A stretch of 64,000 nt of DNA, taken from positions 8,724,046 through 8,788,045 of the forward strand of contig CAVNZM010000003.1 of assembly GCA_963693365.1 (NCBI GenBank), written 5' to 3'. The DNA comes from Amoebidium appalachense (lineage: Eukaryota > Protista > Ichthyosporea). Positions 12,501 to 64,000 of the stretch are shown in pieces (the stretch's first letter is position 1; each line of letters opens with the position of its first letter). Under the pieces are notes generated by a model. That model ran no database searches. It was given only the letters and a program-made list of their open reading frames with translations, and was not told the origin of the DNA. Made by a program: the position numbers and the translations under genes.

Positions 12501-13377
12501 AGATGGTGGTCGGTGGTGGTGGTTCAGTGTGGCGGTGGTGGTGGCTCACAACTCCTTTTAGGTTCATTTATGAGTTCAGCGATTGGTTTACGAAAAGTTG
12601 TTTCGTCTTTCTTCCGGCATAAACAAACAATGATGTCGACACCAGCAACACCGTGCAAGGGTGCCAGGTGTAGGCTGTGCAGCAAGTAATAATGATGTAA
12701 CAAGTTGCCAGGTTGAAAGGGACCGGGCATCAAGTAAGAAATAAATCCCTATACACGCAAGGCAAGATTTGTTAGCCCACAATTGGGTGTTCCATTACTC
12801 AAAATCTCTAAAACTAGCCTTGACATATGCAATAAAAGCACAGTAATGTGCACGTAAAACTGGCTTTCTTATTTGTGTCTTCATGGCACCCCAAGACCAT
12901 TCACCAATCAACAGAGGGTTGCTTTTTTCAGATCTTGCCGTTTTGTGACCGTTAAATTCATGAGAGCCGCATCTGATAGGTTGCTGCGATTTCAGCGAAT
13001 CGCGTGAGCCTGCTTTCGCGACACACAGAAACCGAAACAAGGAACGAAAAAAAAATAACGAGATTTTTCGCTTTGAAGAGAGAAAGATAGAGGGAAGGAA
13101 TCCTGCCCCATCCACACGAAGAGAAAGGCATCGAGTAATAATCCGCTTAGTAGTATATGAACGAAGTACACAGGAACCGTTTGAGGTGCAATATTTGCAG
13201 AGAATTTTGGGGGAATTCGAAGAGCAAGCGAGAACAAACATCACCTTTCATGAAATATTGAGCGATTGGATTTGAGTCGCTGTCAATTTAGGTCGTCGAG
13301 GGTACCGAAAGTTTTATTCTAACGCTAGCGACTAGCCTTTGTATTCATTCTTACTGAAACCCAGTTTAAGGGGAAAA

Positions 13378-20785
<7,408 letters not shown>

Positions 20786-20787
20786 AA

Positions 20788-20819
<32 letters not shown>

Positions 20820-21688
20820 TTTTTTCCCCCCGAAAACCCCCCAACCCAACCCAACCTGATAACCGATCTACACTCTTAAGATGGTTTCTCTCTGTGTGAC
20901 CCAACCCTGTTTTTAACACACACACACCTAATGCTATTGGTTCCTTTGCACACACGCAAATCAAATAAGTCAAAACGTGTGTGCTCCTGTTTCTGAGAAT
21001 CTGATGGATATAAGTTGTAGTCTTATCTTTTGGCTGGTTTATTGTCATTTTGTCTCAGACTGTTCTTGTTTCTTTTTGTTGCTCGTTTACTGTTGAGAGC
21101 AATAAATGTGCCGACGTGGTTAATGTAAGTGACAGCAATTTGATTAGCGACCACGTGATTTTATAATGGCACGATCCGACTTTTTTCAGGCTTAGATTTG
21201 ATGTCGTGTATTCTTTAACTGGTACTCGAATGCTCTTTCCACCGGTAGGGCACGTATGCGACATTGCAAAACACTGCATACAGAATCACATGCACGCACC
21301 TAAAAACACCCATATGTCATATACCGGTACCATTAGTTCGTATACTGTCAAGGATGTGTCTATTTTCCCTCTTTATTCTACTGCCACATCAGGAATTGTG
21401 AACAGATTGTAGATATGCTAGGCAGAAGCACAGCTGAACTAGTGCGAATTTCTCTTGAATCATCGGAAGTGTACGAATCGAATAATTGTCACATCTATTC
21501 GTATGTGACTGTCTATTTCCTTTTTGTATGGATCTGAACAGGTGAGGAGGTTTGGCGAGGTGGAAGTTGGCTTGTATAGGAGGATTGTAAGTTTGGTAGA
21601 TAAGGAGGGAAGTACGGAAAATGTTGTTTGTTTTTCCGTGTTGGCTCGATAATGTTCTGCTCCCCAGATAAGCACACGGGGATGCAAT

Positions 21689-21728
<40 letters not shown>

Positions 21729-22259
21729 TACGTCATCACTGCACCCGCACGCACCCATACACGTCTACGCTGCAAGCACCTTCTGGGAGCACTCCGTCTT
21801 TTTTTTTTTTTTTTTGCTGTCGCAATGTAAAGTGTATGCAACTTCACGGCATCAAGACGCCGGAGTGAAATAATTTGCAATTGGCCTGGGTCATTGTATG
21901 CACAAGCAACTGGCAAGAATAAAGATGGATGTTTTCGGAATATTCATTAGGCCCCCCCCCCCCCCCCCCGGGTGCCCAAAAAAAAAAAAAAAAAAAAAAA
22001 CACGCACACACGCACACAAACACGCGGCGCCGCGCGCGTTTACATGCACGAGCCACCCACACCTTGATTAGAATTTCACGCACACACACAGTGTGTCACA
22101 CAACACACCTGACTGTCATCTTCGAATCGAATGCTGCTGCAGACTTTCTAAATCTACTGTAGTGATTACAAATATAGTTGCCGTGATTGTTCGTGCTTTG
22201 CAAAGGACCAAAGGCCGACTGGAGTCACTCGAGAGGAGGAAGCCGGGAGGGAGGGGCCG

Positions 22260-22317
<58 letters not shown>

Positions 22318-22499
22318 GCCTCCCCAAAGTGCGTACACGTGTACACACACACTGAGTCTCAGTACCGTGACGCACGTGCATGTACGTACGTGTACCAGCT
22401 ACACATTAGGCCCCACTTGGCTGCAGGGCGCTTTGCCGGATTCCGTTTGTACCTGTCGCGGGCTCCCCACCTATAGCTAAACCTTCCCCGCCCCCCCCT

Positions 22500-22534
<35 letters not shown>

Positions 22535-22767
22535 ACCCCCCCCCCCCGGTCCCCCCGCTCCCTTGGTGGCGTTTATTTCGCTCCGCTTCCAGCCTGCTTT
22601 CTTTCACGTTCTGAGTCACTCACTTTCTGTTGTTCAAACTTTCCGCAATTCTTTTACAATTTCCAGAAACTTTCCTTCTCTGCACAGGTCGGCGTAGGTA
22701 CGCGTGATGCCTCATCATACCAGTGACTCGTCGGAGGCGGGATGTCAGATCTGCGAGATCCCGGGCC

Positions 22768-22974
22768 CATATATCTACGGGGGTTTACGCTGTTTACTCG
22801 AGGCAAAGAGAACCAGTCTCAGGTATGGGGGGGGGGGGTTTGCTCGGAATATCCCCTCAGCGGTATATCATGATCACGTACATAGATGTCGGGTGGTGAC
22901 TATATATCAGGGTTTACTTTCTCTACGAGACACCATAAAGACTACAAGGAGAAATCAATTAGTTGGGGTTCCCC

Positions 22975-23015
<41 letters not shown>

Positions 23016-23047
23016 GGGCTCCCCTCGGGACACTCGGTATCAGCTGG

Positions 23048-23118
<71 letters not shown>

Positions 23119-24783
23119 TGCGCTATAATTTTGTAGTGATGTGTTTCTCAAGCCAATCAATACATCTAATAAACAGGTCGTAGTTACGCGTGTTTAGTAT
23201 AAAATCAAGGATGTTGTAATTTACAGGTAGGCTATCTTTCTGGGTGTCTGTTGTGAATGTGACGTGTGTGTGTTGCGGTATTATGTGGTCTATCAAACTA
23301 CATTTGGCGATACATGACCGGTTAAACTGGTGTGTGTGTGTGTTGTTTGGGCATGCAAATGATGCCACCTTATACTTATTAGATCTCCACTGTATAGCAC
23401 GTGTACAGTAAAAGCGTGGTAATTGATCAATAATACCATCAGCTAGAGAGAGACCAGTTCTACAGGAAAGTAATATGTATTTAGGTGTTATACACTTGCG
23501 AGTGCCATATTTGGCAATATGGTTGAGGCGGTCAGTATATATAAAACGAGACATAAGGCTTAGTTTTTCAAGGTGTATGCTTTCATCGGGTCTAGTGTCG
23601 TGTGGTATCTTTTTCCATTTGTTATATTGCGTGATTATCTTGTGATTGTGTACATGTTTAATAAGTAAGTGGCAGTCCAAAGTCACACACACACTATTGC
23701 GGGGTTTATTTGTATTTGTGCCCAGGGGAGAAGGGGAGAGAGAGGGGAGGAAAGAGGGGAGAGGTGAGGAGGGGACAGGTCGGATAGAGAAGAGAGGGTG
23801 GGAGGGCAAATACTTCTTTAAGCGGCTTATGTGCTTATTGAATTTCAGCGCGAGATAGGATACTCTAGCAGCTATTGGGACCAGACCATATATCGAGAGC
23901 GTTACAGGCCCAGGTTTACAACAGTTGTTAGATAGAAAGGAGGCAACTTCTGCTTCAAGGAAATTTGCCAAGGGTTTAAGCGCTCTAGTTCTCTCTTTCT
24001 TGATCCAAGCGGCGAGAAGGGGTAAACCATATTCACATGCCGGGAAGACAAAAGTGCGAATAAATGTAAGTCTAATAGAAGGATGGAGGGGTGTGTCTTT
24101 AAAAATATTAGCCGAGAAGAAAGCTAACCGCTTACGAGCCAACTCTACCCTCTTTTCGACCATATGGGGAAACATAACACCAACAGAATCAACCGGAACA
24201 CCAAGATATTTGTATTCTGGAACTATAGGTACAGGTTTAGATGATAATGTAAATGTGTGTAAATTGTTAGCTATATCAGGTACAAGAACACCACATTTGT
24301 CTATGTTAAGGATCATAAGGTTTGCCTTGCACCACTCTGACACTACATCGAACAATCTTTGCAGGCGTCTAGGGGTACGGGCAAGGAGGGACAGATCATC
24401 AGCATAGAGAAGTGCAGGCGGAAAGTTATTAATAGGGTCATCGTTTTCGGCGTAAATCTTGACAGCCAAATCATCTATAAATAGGTTAAACAAAAAGGGG
24501 CTAAGCAATGAACCCTGCAAGAGACCTCTAGTACGAGCAAAACCATATGAAAGATGCCCATTAACCACAGCTCTACCATAGGTTTGAGACAAGAGTGCTT
24601 CTAACAGAACACCAATGCAGTGTGGTACACCCCGTGCAGCAAGCTTTTCCCATAGGAGACCAGGGGAGACAGAATCGTAAGCAGTTTTCCAATCAATAAA
24701 GCCAACATATTGTGCACCAACTTGCATAGAATCGTGCAGTGCCATTATTTGAACATAGTGCCATTATTTGAACATATATCTAC
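22768..24783 (-). mobile_element. LINE copy 2, 5'-truncated, including 11-bp target-site duplications
   Basis: catatatctac at 22768-22778 and 24773-24783. The interior matches copy 1 from about position 1127 onward with only a few substitutions. Confidence 0.95.
23123..24745 (-). pseudogene. 5'-truncated LINE RT ORF (540 aa open)
   Basis: Same as the C-terminal 540 aa of 14-2767 apart from a few residues (T/K, N/D, P/L); lacks the endonuclease and the first RT motifs. Confidence 0.92.
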
Positions 24784-25402
24784 TTTTTGTGAGTCGTCGA
24801 TGAGATCTAATTTGTAAGGCCTTGGATCTAATCCAGCAGATTCTATTTATAGGTAGTTACATAGGATATAAATTATTTATAGTCAGTTGCCGTTGCGCGC
24901 GATTTCGTTATTCGGAAGTTTTTTATGATTGCGGCATTCCGTTTGGTTGTTCACAAGTTTCTCCGAAGCCTTGAAAGCTTCTTGTGCATGGCACCGCGAA
25001 ATGGTTAGGTAGATGTAGGAGCAAGCTAAGTTACCTGGATACGGAAAATAGGACAGTTCGTCGGGTTAAGTTATCTATCTTTTCCTATGACCTTGCAATG
25101 AGCTGCTTTTGGAAGTTGAACGATCTGTTTTTTTTCCAGATGGTCGAGTATGGAAGGAAACATTAGTGCAACTTATCCGCCCAGCACTTTTGTGACAGCT
25201 ACACATAAACTAAGTAAGTTAGCATAAAGGCTATGGTATATTGTGGGTTCGCATGGTGTCTCTATAACACTGTAGCAACTTTATAACGGTCGTACCCGAT
25301 CACTCCATCGGCTGTGCGCTAAAAACCTGTACGTAGATGTTGTCCTTCTGAGTATATTTTTCTGTCTCATAATCATGTACTTATAACCTCGAAAACGTTA
25401 TT

Positions 25403-33736
<8,334 letters not shown>

Positions 33737-34189
33737 GAGAGAGAGAGAGAGGGGGGAGGGGAGGGGGGGGGGGGGGAGGGGGAGGAGGGGGGCCTGTTTG
33801 GTCCTTGTGGGGTTCCGCTTTCCCCCTTATCCCCCCCCCCCTCCCCCCCCCCCCCCCCCCCCCCCCCCCCCTTCATTATTTGGTTTCGGGCTTATGTTCA
33901 ATCTCTGTTTTTTAATTGGCACTTTGGGAGGTTTTTGGTGGTGATGGGATGGGGATAGTGGGGGTAGGGTGCTGATTGGTATACAGGGGTACGGTTTCGT
34001 TTTTGCGTCGGGAAACGAGAGAATCGTTCATAGAGTCTTCGTATCCTGCTTGATACATGTTTGAAACCACGGGAGTATCAAGCATTTTGCTGGTTACCTA
34101 TTGCTAACCCTGTATATTGTGTGTTTGGGTGTCGCCAATTTTTCGCGGTTTTAAACGAACATGGCAGTGGGTGGTCCACACCGAATGGA

Positions 34190-34238
<49 letters not shown>

Positions 34239-34751
34239 TCATTAGGGGTTTGTTAGTTTATGGATTTTGAGTCCCATCTATGAACATGTATTGTAGTTCT
34301 GGACCTTTCTACTCTGGGATGTTTATTGTGATTCTACATATATACAGCCGGCAAGTGGTTTTAAATTATGGGTGGTTTGAAAATGAATCTGGCAGATTAC
34401 AGGTGATATGTGAGCACACACACACTTGTTCGCACTTGCACACTATATTAGATGCTCAATCGCACGCACAGGTACAAGCAATACACACACACTAGGCGCG
34501 TGTGTGTGCGCGCACACACACACACACACGCACACACACACACGCACACACAACATCTACACAACCACACACATGAACCAACTACCAGCAAAGGTAGTTC
34601 TGTATGTTTTCAGGCAACGGCTTTATAATATCTTGCAATCCTAGCACCGATATACATAACCAAGTCCTAATTTGCTAATAAATTTTCTCGCTTTTTCCGT
34701 ATGGACAGTTTACTCGCCACAGGTATTAATATTTCACCTGGATTCTGCATG

Positions 34752-34790
<39 letters not shown>

Positions 34791-35889
34791 CCCACCCACC
34801 CACCCAAAAAAGCAAAAAAAAAAAAAAAAAAAAAAAAAAGCCCATGCTTTACAATTAGTTGTGCATGCATTATCCAGTTGCTCGTCATTCGTCTTTCACG
34901 TGCACCCCATACACATTCTACTGAGTACAGCTGTACGTGCTGTTTGCATGCATGCGCATGTGTGAACTTCGGCCTATTCTTTATATCTGTTCAGCCATTT
35001 CCCTGGCTTCTGGTCTCTCTCTCTCTCTCTCTCTCTTCAAAAAAAAACATAAAAACAAAAAAAAACAAAAAACACACACACACACATTAATATTGCCAAA
35101 TTTATATAAACACAAACCATCACGTGCACCGGCCATGTGCATCACTAAAAAATCGAATACAAAAGACCAAAAAGACCACACAAACTGACGGCCACGGTAA
35201 AGATTTTTTGGACAACTTCTTTTATTTTGAGGACGGAGAGTTATTATTACTTACCTTCTTATAAACTACACAAGTTTGGCGCTATCACGCATTACATACA
35301 GTTTATGAGCCATACGTAGCCCTATGTACGTACAGATTAACTCCCGGCACCATCGCACAGAGGGGCAGAGCAGCCGACTATTGCATTTAGAAAAGAAAAA
35401 TCAAACGTTGACAATCAAAATTCAGTCCTTGAATATATGACGTTATGTGTTTGCCCCCCCCTCCCCCCCCCCCCCCCCCCCCCCCCCAACACACACACAC
35501 ACACACACCCACCCACTCACCCACCCGCCCACACAAACACAGACACAGACACACACACCCAAGACATCCAAACACACATACAAAAATGTACTCCGTTAAA
35601 AACTAACCTACATGAGCATTCATGGGCCAAATCCTAATGGGGAACTCGCATACATCTATGTTCCCTCAAGTCATTCGTTAAAACCCATACCTGTTCCCCC
35701 ACGCCCGAATCACGAAAAGACCAGCCGGCTTACAAGATTCGACGGTAATCATGAACATAACAACAAAAGATGAGAAAACCCGACTATCACAAATACGTAT
35801 ATACCAAGGATTCATTCATCATGTGGACTGATGCACGGACAGCCACGAGCGACCTTAACTTCTGGTAGGTTGCAACAGTTCTAACCCAA

Positions 35890-43184
<7,295 letters not shown>

Positions 43185-43452
43185 TTTCCCAGCTAATCTT
43201 TCTTTCCTTTCGCTATTGAAATTTAAGTCAGCAGGGGCTACATAGGTGTTTTCCTTTCAGGCGCTTGCAATTTTGCCATTCGCACGAAAAGATTGCGACA
43301 TCAGTAAGGAATGTCGCGTTCTTGGTTCCATATATAGTTATTCGTGGATTGATGTCATTGGTTTTCTAGCAATCCCCGTTTCAGCCTGGTATGCACTCCA
43401 GAAACATGCCAGTGAAAAGGCCAACATCATCGGATGCGCGCGCGCGCGCGCG

Positions 43453-43606
<154 letters not shown>

Positions 43607-43629
43607 GATTGGGGGGAGGGGGTACCGGT

Positions 43630-43666
<37 letters not shown>

Positions 43667-43876
43667 GGGAGGGGTGGGAATGGAGCTGAGTGAAGGCTGT
43701 TGACGCCACAAAGAATGTTTAAAGAGATTTGCCATTCACAGTCAGTATTACGGGAATTCGAATACTAACGAACTTGAAGTCCCCCCCCCCCCCCCCCCCC
43801 CCCCCCCTAACGAAACATTCTGGTACATTTTAACCAAAATGTCGTTTGTGCATGTTTGCGCACACGTGTGTGCATG

Positions 43877-43998
<122 letters not shown>

Positions 43999-44595
43999 AC
44001 ACTGTGTGTGTGTTTGTGTGTGTTGTGTGTCTGTGTGCTTGTGTGAACACGGTCTCGGGGTGGGTGAGTGGGTGAGTGCCTCATTACATCCTATTCGATA
44101 TTTATTTCTGGTTGAGTGGTGGCCACTCAGTGGTCACGTATTATCAAAGAAAATTATTTTTCATGCAGGAAGAATTCTCACTCCGTCTAAAAAAAGCCGA
44201 ATGCAATAAGTAGAGATTACAAGACTCTCACACAAGCATTTTGATCTCTCCTGCACACAGTATTACACAAATTCTGTACAACAAACACATGTGCAGTCGT
44301 TCTTTTGTGATATAAAGGTAACCCCCGGATCCGTTTCGGTAAATAATACGCAAACAAACGAGCAACTACCACTGCTTTCTTGAACAATTGTGGGGGGAGT
44401 ACATACACAAAATTGGACTTATAATAGGACTGTCTTAAGATGTAGGGTGTTGCTAAAAATACAGAAATATAATTAGCCGAGACCTGAAAAGAACGTGGTA
44501 TCACGCAGAGGTGGACAAAAAAAAAAAAAGACCAGGCAAATTCCGGACACCTAAATTTAGCACTTGGCGTATGCGTCACTCGAGGTGAGGGGGTC

Positions 44596-60546
<15,951 letters not shown>

Positions 60547-62796
60547 GTTGACCAAAAATGCGCAGGTCAGGCACTTAGGCCGAGCTAATCTTCAAGATCT
60601 TCACTAACTGGCTGATGCTAAAAACGAGATATTAGGGTGCTTATTAAACCTGAAAATATTCATTGAAAGCTCTACAATGTTCGCTGTGGGAAACAAAACG
60701 TAGGCAAATCAACTGACCATACGTTTACCTATAGCCAGAAAGGAGCTTGAGCAAACAAACAAAACCCCCCAAGAAAAAACTTGGAAACAAACAGCTTGGC
60801 CATCATCGCCGGTGAGCCAGTTAGTGTGAGCCGCTTTACCAGAAATGGCTAACGCGCCAAATTTCAAGCTACACTTTGATTGGTGTTACAGTGAGCTATG
60901 CTCTCCTAAAACTTTTTTGTGGGGGGGGCGTGTTGCAGCTTGTGTGTGTGGCGTGAATTTCGAAATTGGATTCTGTGAGTGTGGAGCCTGGCAGATGAGG
61001 ACACGGAATAAAAAATATTCCTTATTGATAACATATATTAGCATTTTATATATCAATAAATATCATCTAATGTTAGTTGTTTCCATATTTGTTATAACTT
61101 CTGCTAGTAGACTAGCTACCTCAAAGTCTCAGACTCTCAGTCTTAGTAATGGACTAATGGTCAATTGGTCCAACTTGATGAGGTTTTGGAGGAACCCCTC
61201 TCTAGATTCACAACCAATTATATTGATGATAGCTAACAAGCGAAGTAAATCACCGGAATCATCCCATCGAAGTCGCTGCCGGGTTGTCGGCCCAAATCTT
61301 CTGGCGTAATGTATGTACTGTACACTACAAATAGTATTATAATAGTATATACTTTTTTTGTCTACCTAAAATAGCGTAAACCATGTATAAAACATAACCG
61401 ACAACCGCCGCTTCTCAGTGCCGCCGACGAGACTGGCCCACCGGACACACACATACTGCTCGGGCCAGGCTGCGCGTACATATCACGTATGTATATTTTT
61501 TTGATGTTATAACCTAATGTATATATTCGGTAATGAACGACATGCCCTCTAAATATTCACAGATAGTCTTATAACTAGCCACGAATTCATAATTTCGTAG
61601 CCCAATATGCAGGTTAGCAGCAAATTGACTCCAGTGGACACATGCAGCACTTTATCTTTCAGCACTGGCTTTGAACGAGCACGTGAAGAACAAAAGCTTT
61701 TGCCGCCGTCCTACGACCGCGGGATTCATTGGCTCTTTCCTTCCGTAAGAGCCAATCATATTGACCTACCGACGAAGTATTTCACGTGAACCAATGCCCT
61801 TCTGCTGCTCACTTCATTGCTTTTTGGCTCGTGGTCACACCATGGGATGCAAATTCGTTGGAGAAAATGGGTATTTTCCTTCAAAAAAGCTACGAAGGCA
61901 ATAACAATGAATCTCTTTATATAGTTTTAGTGGCTTGATAAAAAATTAGTATTGCTTTACTAACTACATTGCTTTCGGCGGTGGTCCCAGCTATTCAGCC
62001 ATGGACGGTAATTTAGAAATTTGTGGAAACACATTCGATTGGACGCATATTTTTCGCTCCTTTTGTACCAAAAAGAACTGGCTTCTCTTAGTGCTCATTT
62101 TATACAGTTCTTGGCAAAATGTACATTCCCCAATTTTGTGAAATATCGAAAAACGTTTAATGAATGTATAACTACATTCGTTTTTTGCATAGAAGCACCG
62201 ATGGGGACCAGCTGCAACACACGATTCTGGAGAGTTCGGTCATTTCAATTGTGTGACAATTTGAAAAGTTGGCATCGCCCATGTTATTGACCCAATATCA
62301 TGCATGCAGGTAACCGAGGCGCTCTCCTAGGCATGGATATAAACAAACAGCCCCGCGTCGTCAGGTTTACTAGAATCCCTCTTCACCCTGTCATTCTGAG
62401 TGATAGCAAGGTAGAGCTCCACCCATTTCCCTTCCTCCCTGTAGAATTTAGGTGAGTGTGCCATGCCCACGAAGAGAAAGGGATTTCGTTAATGACTTCT
62501 GTTTGTCCAGACGTTGCTCCTCCCTGATTCAGTTAGGGCTGCCTTTTACCTGGGGGCCCGGGTTGGTGAGTGGGAGCACAACCAAAGATCAGGAGTAGAG
62601 TGGTGGGGGGCGAAGCAAACATACTCTTTGACTGCCGTTGTCCAAGCCATACTGGGAAGGTTTTTGGCTGGTTTGCAGTAAACCATCTCCCTTGTATTTC
62701 TACTACAAAGTCTCTTTTTCGTGTTGGGGCATATTGTCGTGTTTTTTTCACGATCGTTAACAAGACTTCCCCTTGTTTTGTCTTTACAGATCGAAG

Positions 62797-63836
62797 ATGA
62801 TGCAGTCATTTGCCTCCCTCGCTTCCCGTGCCGCCGCCCTTGGCGTGTCCAAGAGTGCTCTGGCTGCCGTTGCCCGTCGCAGCTACTCCATGGCTGCTGA
62901 GGCAACTGCTGCCGCAGCTGGTCAGCGTAAGGAGGTGGGTCGGGTTCGTAACAGTTACTCCAGCTTTTAAGTCTCTTGATGTGCTCCGAAAAGGATGCCT
63001 TCCCCAAACTGATAACATGACAAAAACAGTTACGTTTATGACTGAGTGTCGTTATCAGCCCTTTCCTTCTCTGTGCTTCCGTATTTGTGTGCACGGTCTA
63101 TCTGTGCTGGCCACCGGACCGGATATATTCTGGGTTGAACACCTCCGTGCACCTCCTTCTTTGCTTGATTCTCAACGGCCCTCTATTCACGTTTGCTGAG
63201 CTGTTGTGTTTTCACACCTGCAGCCCCACAGCGCTGACAGCCTGCTGGCCCTCGGCACCCGCCGCATCTTTAATGAGGTGAGCAGTCTATGGGAACACAA
63301 CTGCCAGATATGTAGGACCTGCAATTGGTTGGCAAAATGGGAGGGGGAGGGGGGGGGGGGGGGGGGGGGGGTTTTGAGAAAAGTAGGGGGGAGGGGGGGG
63401 GAAGGGGGAGGAAGGGGGCAAGGTTGGAGCCAATGGGTTTGACGGCAAAAATGCTGGGCATCTTTGGGAAGCTGCGCAGTTGGATATGTTCTCTATTTGA
63501 TTTGTCTTCCTGTTTGATGGAGAGGCAAGCATCCTGATGTCCTCCCCTTTACAGGAGCACGACATGTTCCGTGAGACTGCCCGCAAGTATTTCGAGGAAA
63601 AGGTCCGCCCTTTCCATGGTAAGTGTTTTCCGCCCTCCCTTTCCCCCCTTGCTTCCACCTCAACTCCACTCTCTCCCTTCCTCCCCTCGGCTTTACAGTC
63701 GTGCATTTCTTAATTCTTTAACCCCAAAAGAGGGGGTTTCAATTCTTGCTGTTCTTGTTCCTCCCCCGCCTTCTGTTGGAACTCAAACTCTCTCTGTCAC
63801 TCGCGCGCACACACACACACACACACAGAGTCTCAA

Positions 63837-63875
<39 letters not shown>

Positions 63876-64000
63876 ACCCCATGCAAGCGACTACCCGTCA
63901 CCGGTCTGCAATGTCTTTCCACAACAAACTTTGTATATCACTCAAGAATCATACTTACCTGATTGTCATCCACAGCTAAGTGGGAGCAGGAGGGTCAGGT
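62797..64000 (+). CDS. ACADL: Long-chain acyl-CoA dehydrogenase, mitochondrial (3'-partial)
   Basis: Exons approx. 62797-62934 (presequence-like), 63224-63277 (LLALGTRRIFNE), 63555-63618 (EHDMFRETARKYFEEKVRPFH), 63976-end (KWEQEGQV); resembles the ACADL N-terminus. Confidence 0.85.

Noticed and set aside
21400-22740. Possible small spliced gene on the minus strand beside LINE copy 2
   Set aside because: Splice-like signals are present, but I could not assemble a stop-free, recognisable protein.

Overview
This is an intron-rich eukaryotic genomic window, extremely rich in poly-C/poly-G runs and (CA)n/(GT)n repeats; the proteins look opisthokont-like, but the taxon cannot be fixed from sequence alone. 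Seven spliced genes can be assembled by hand: a BTB/BACK protein (+), an OMS1-like methyltransferase (-), DDX6/Dhh1 (+), an unknown protein with a GATA-like zinc finger (+), an ABHD11-like hydrolase (-), ILVBL/HACL2 (-) and the 5' part of ACADL (+). Two near-identical APE-RT LINE copies are present. The target-site duplication of copy 2 shows that the element ends about 195 bp beyond an internal poly(A), in AAACCCCC. The most interesting signal is a family of non-coding, C-run-tailed elements (about 16 loci, two clear subfamilies) found only in introns and always in host-sense orientation. The subfamilies share a covarying, pseudoknotted ~150-nt RNA core that carries hammerhead-like core motifs in permuted order, and one locus is a 2.26-mer head-to-tail array. 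Together these suggest a retrozyme-like (circular RNA) retroelement mobilised by the C-tailed LINE. This is a hypothesis and has not been tested. Most ORFs in the supplied track are microsatellite artefacts, and homopolymer lengths may be unreliable.
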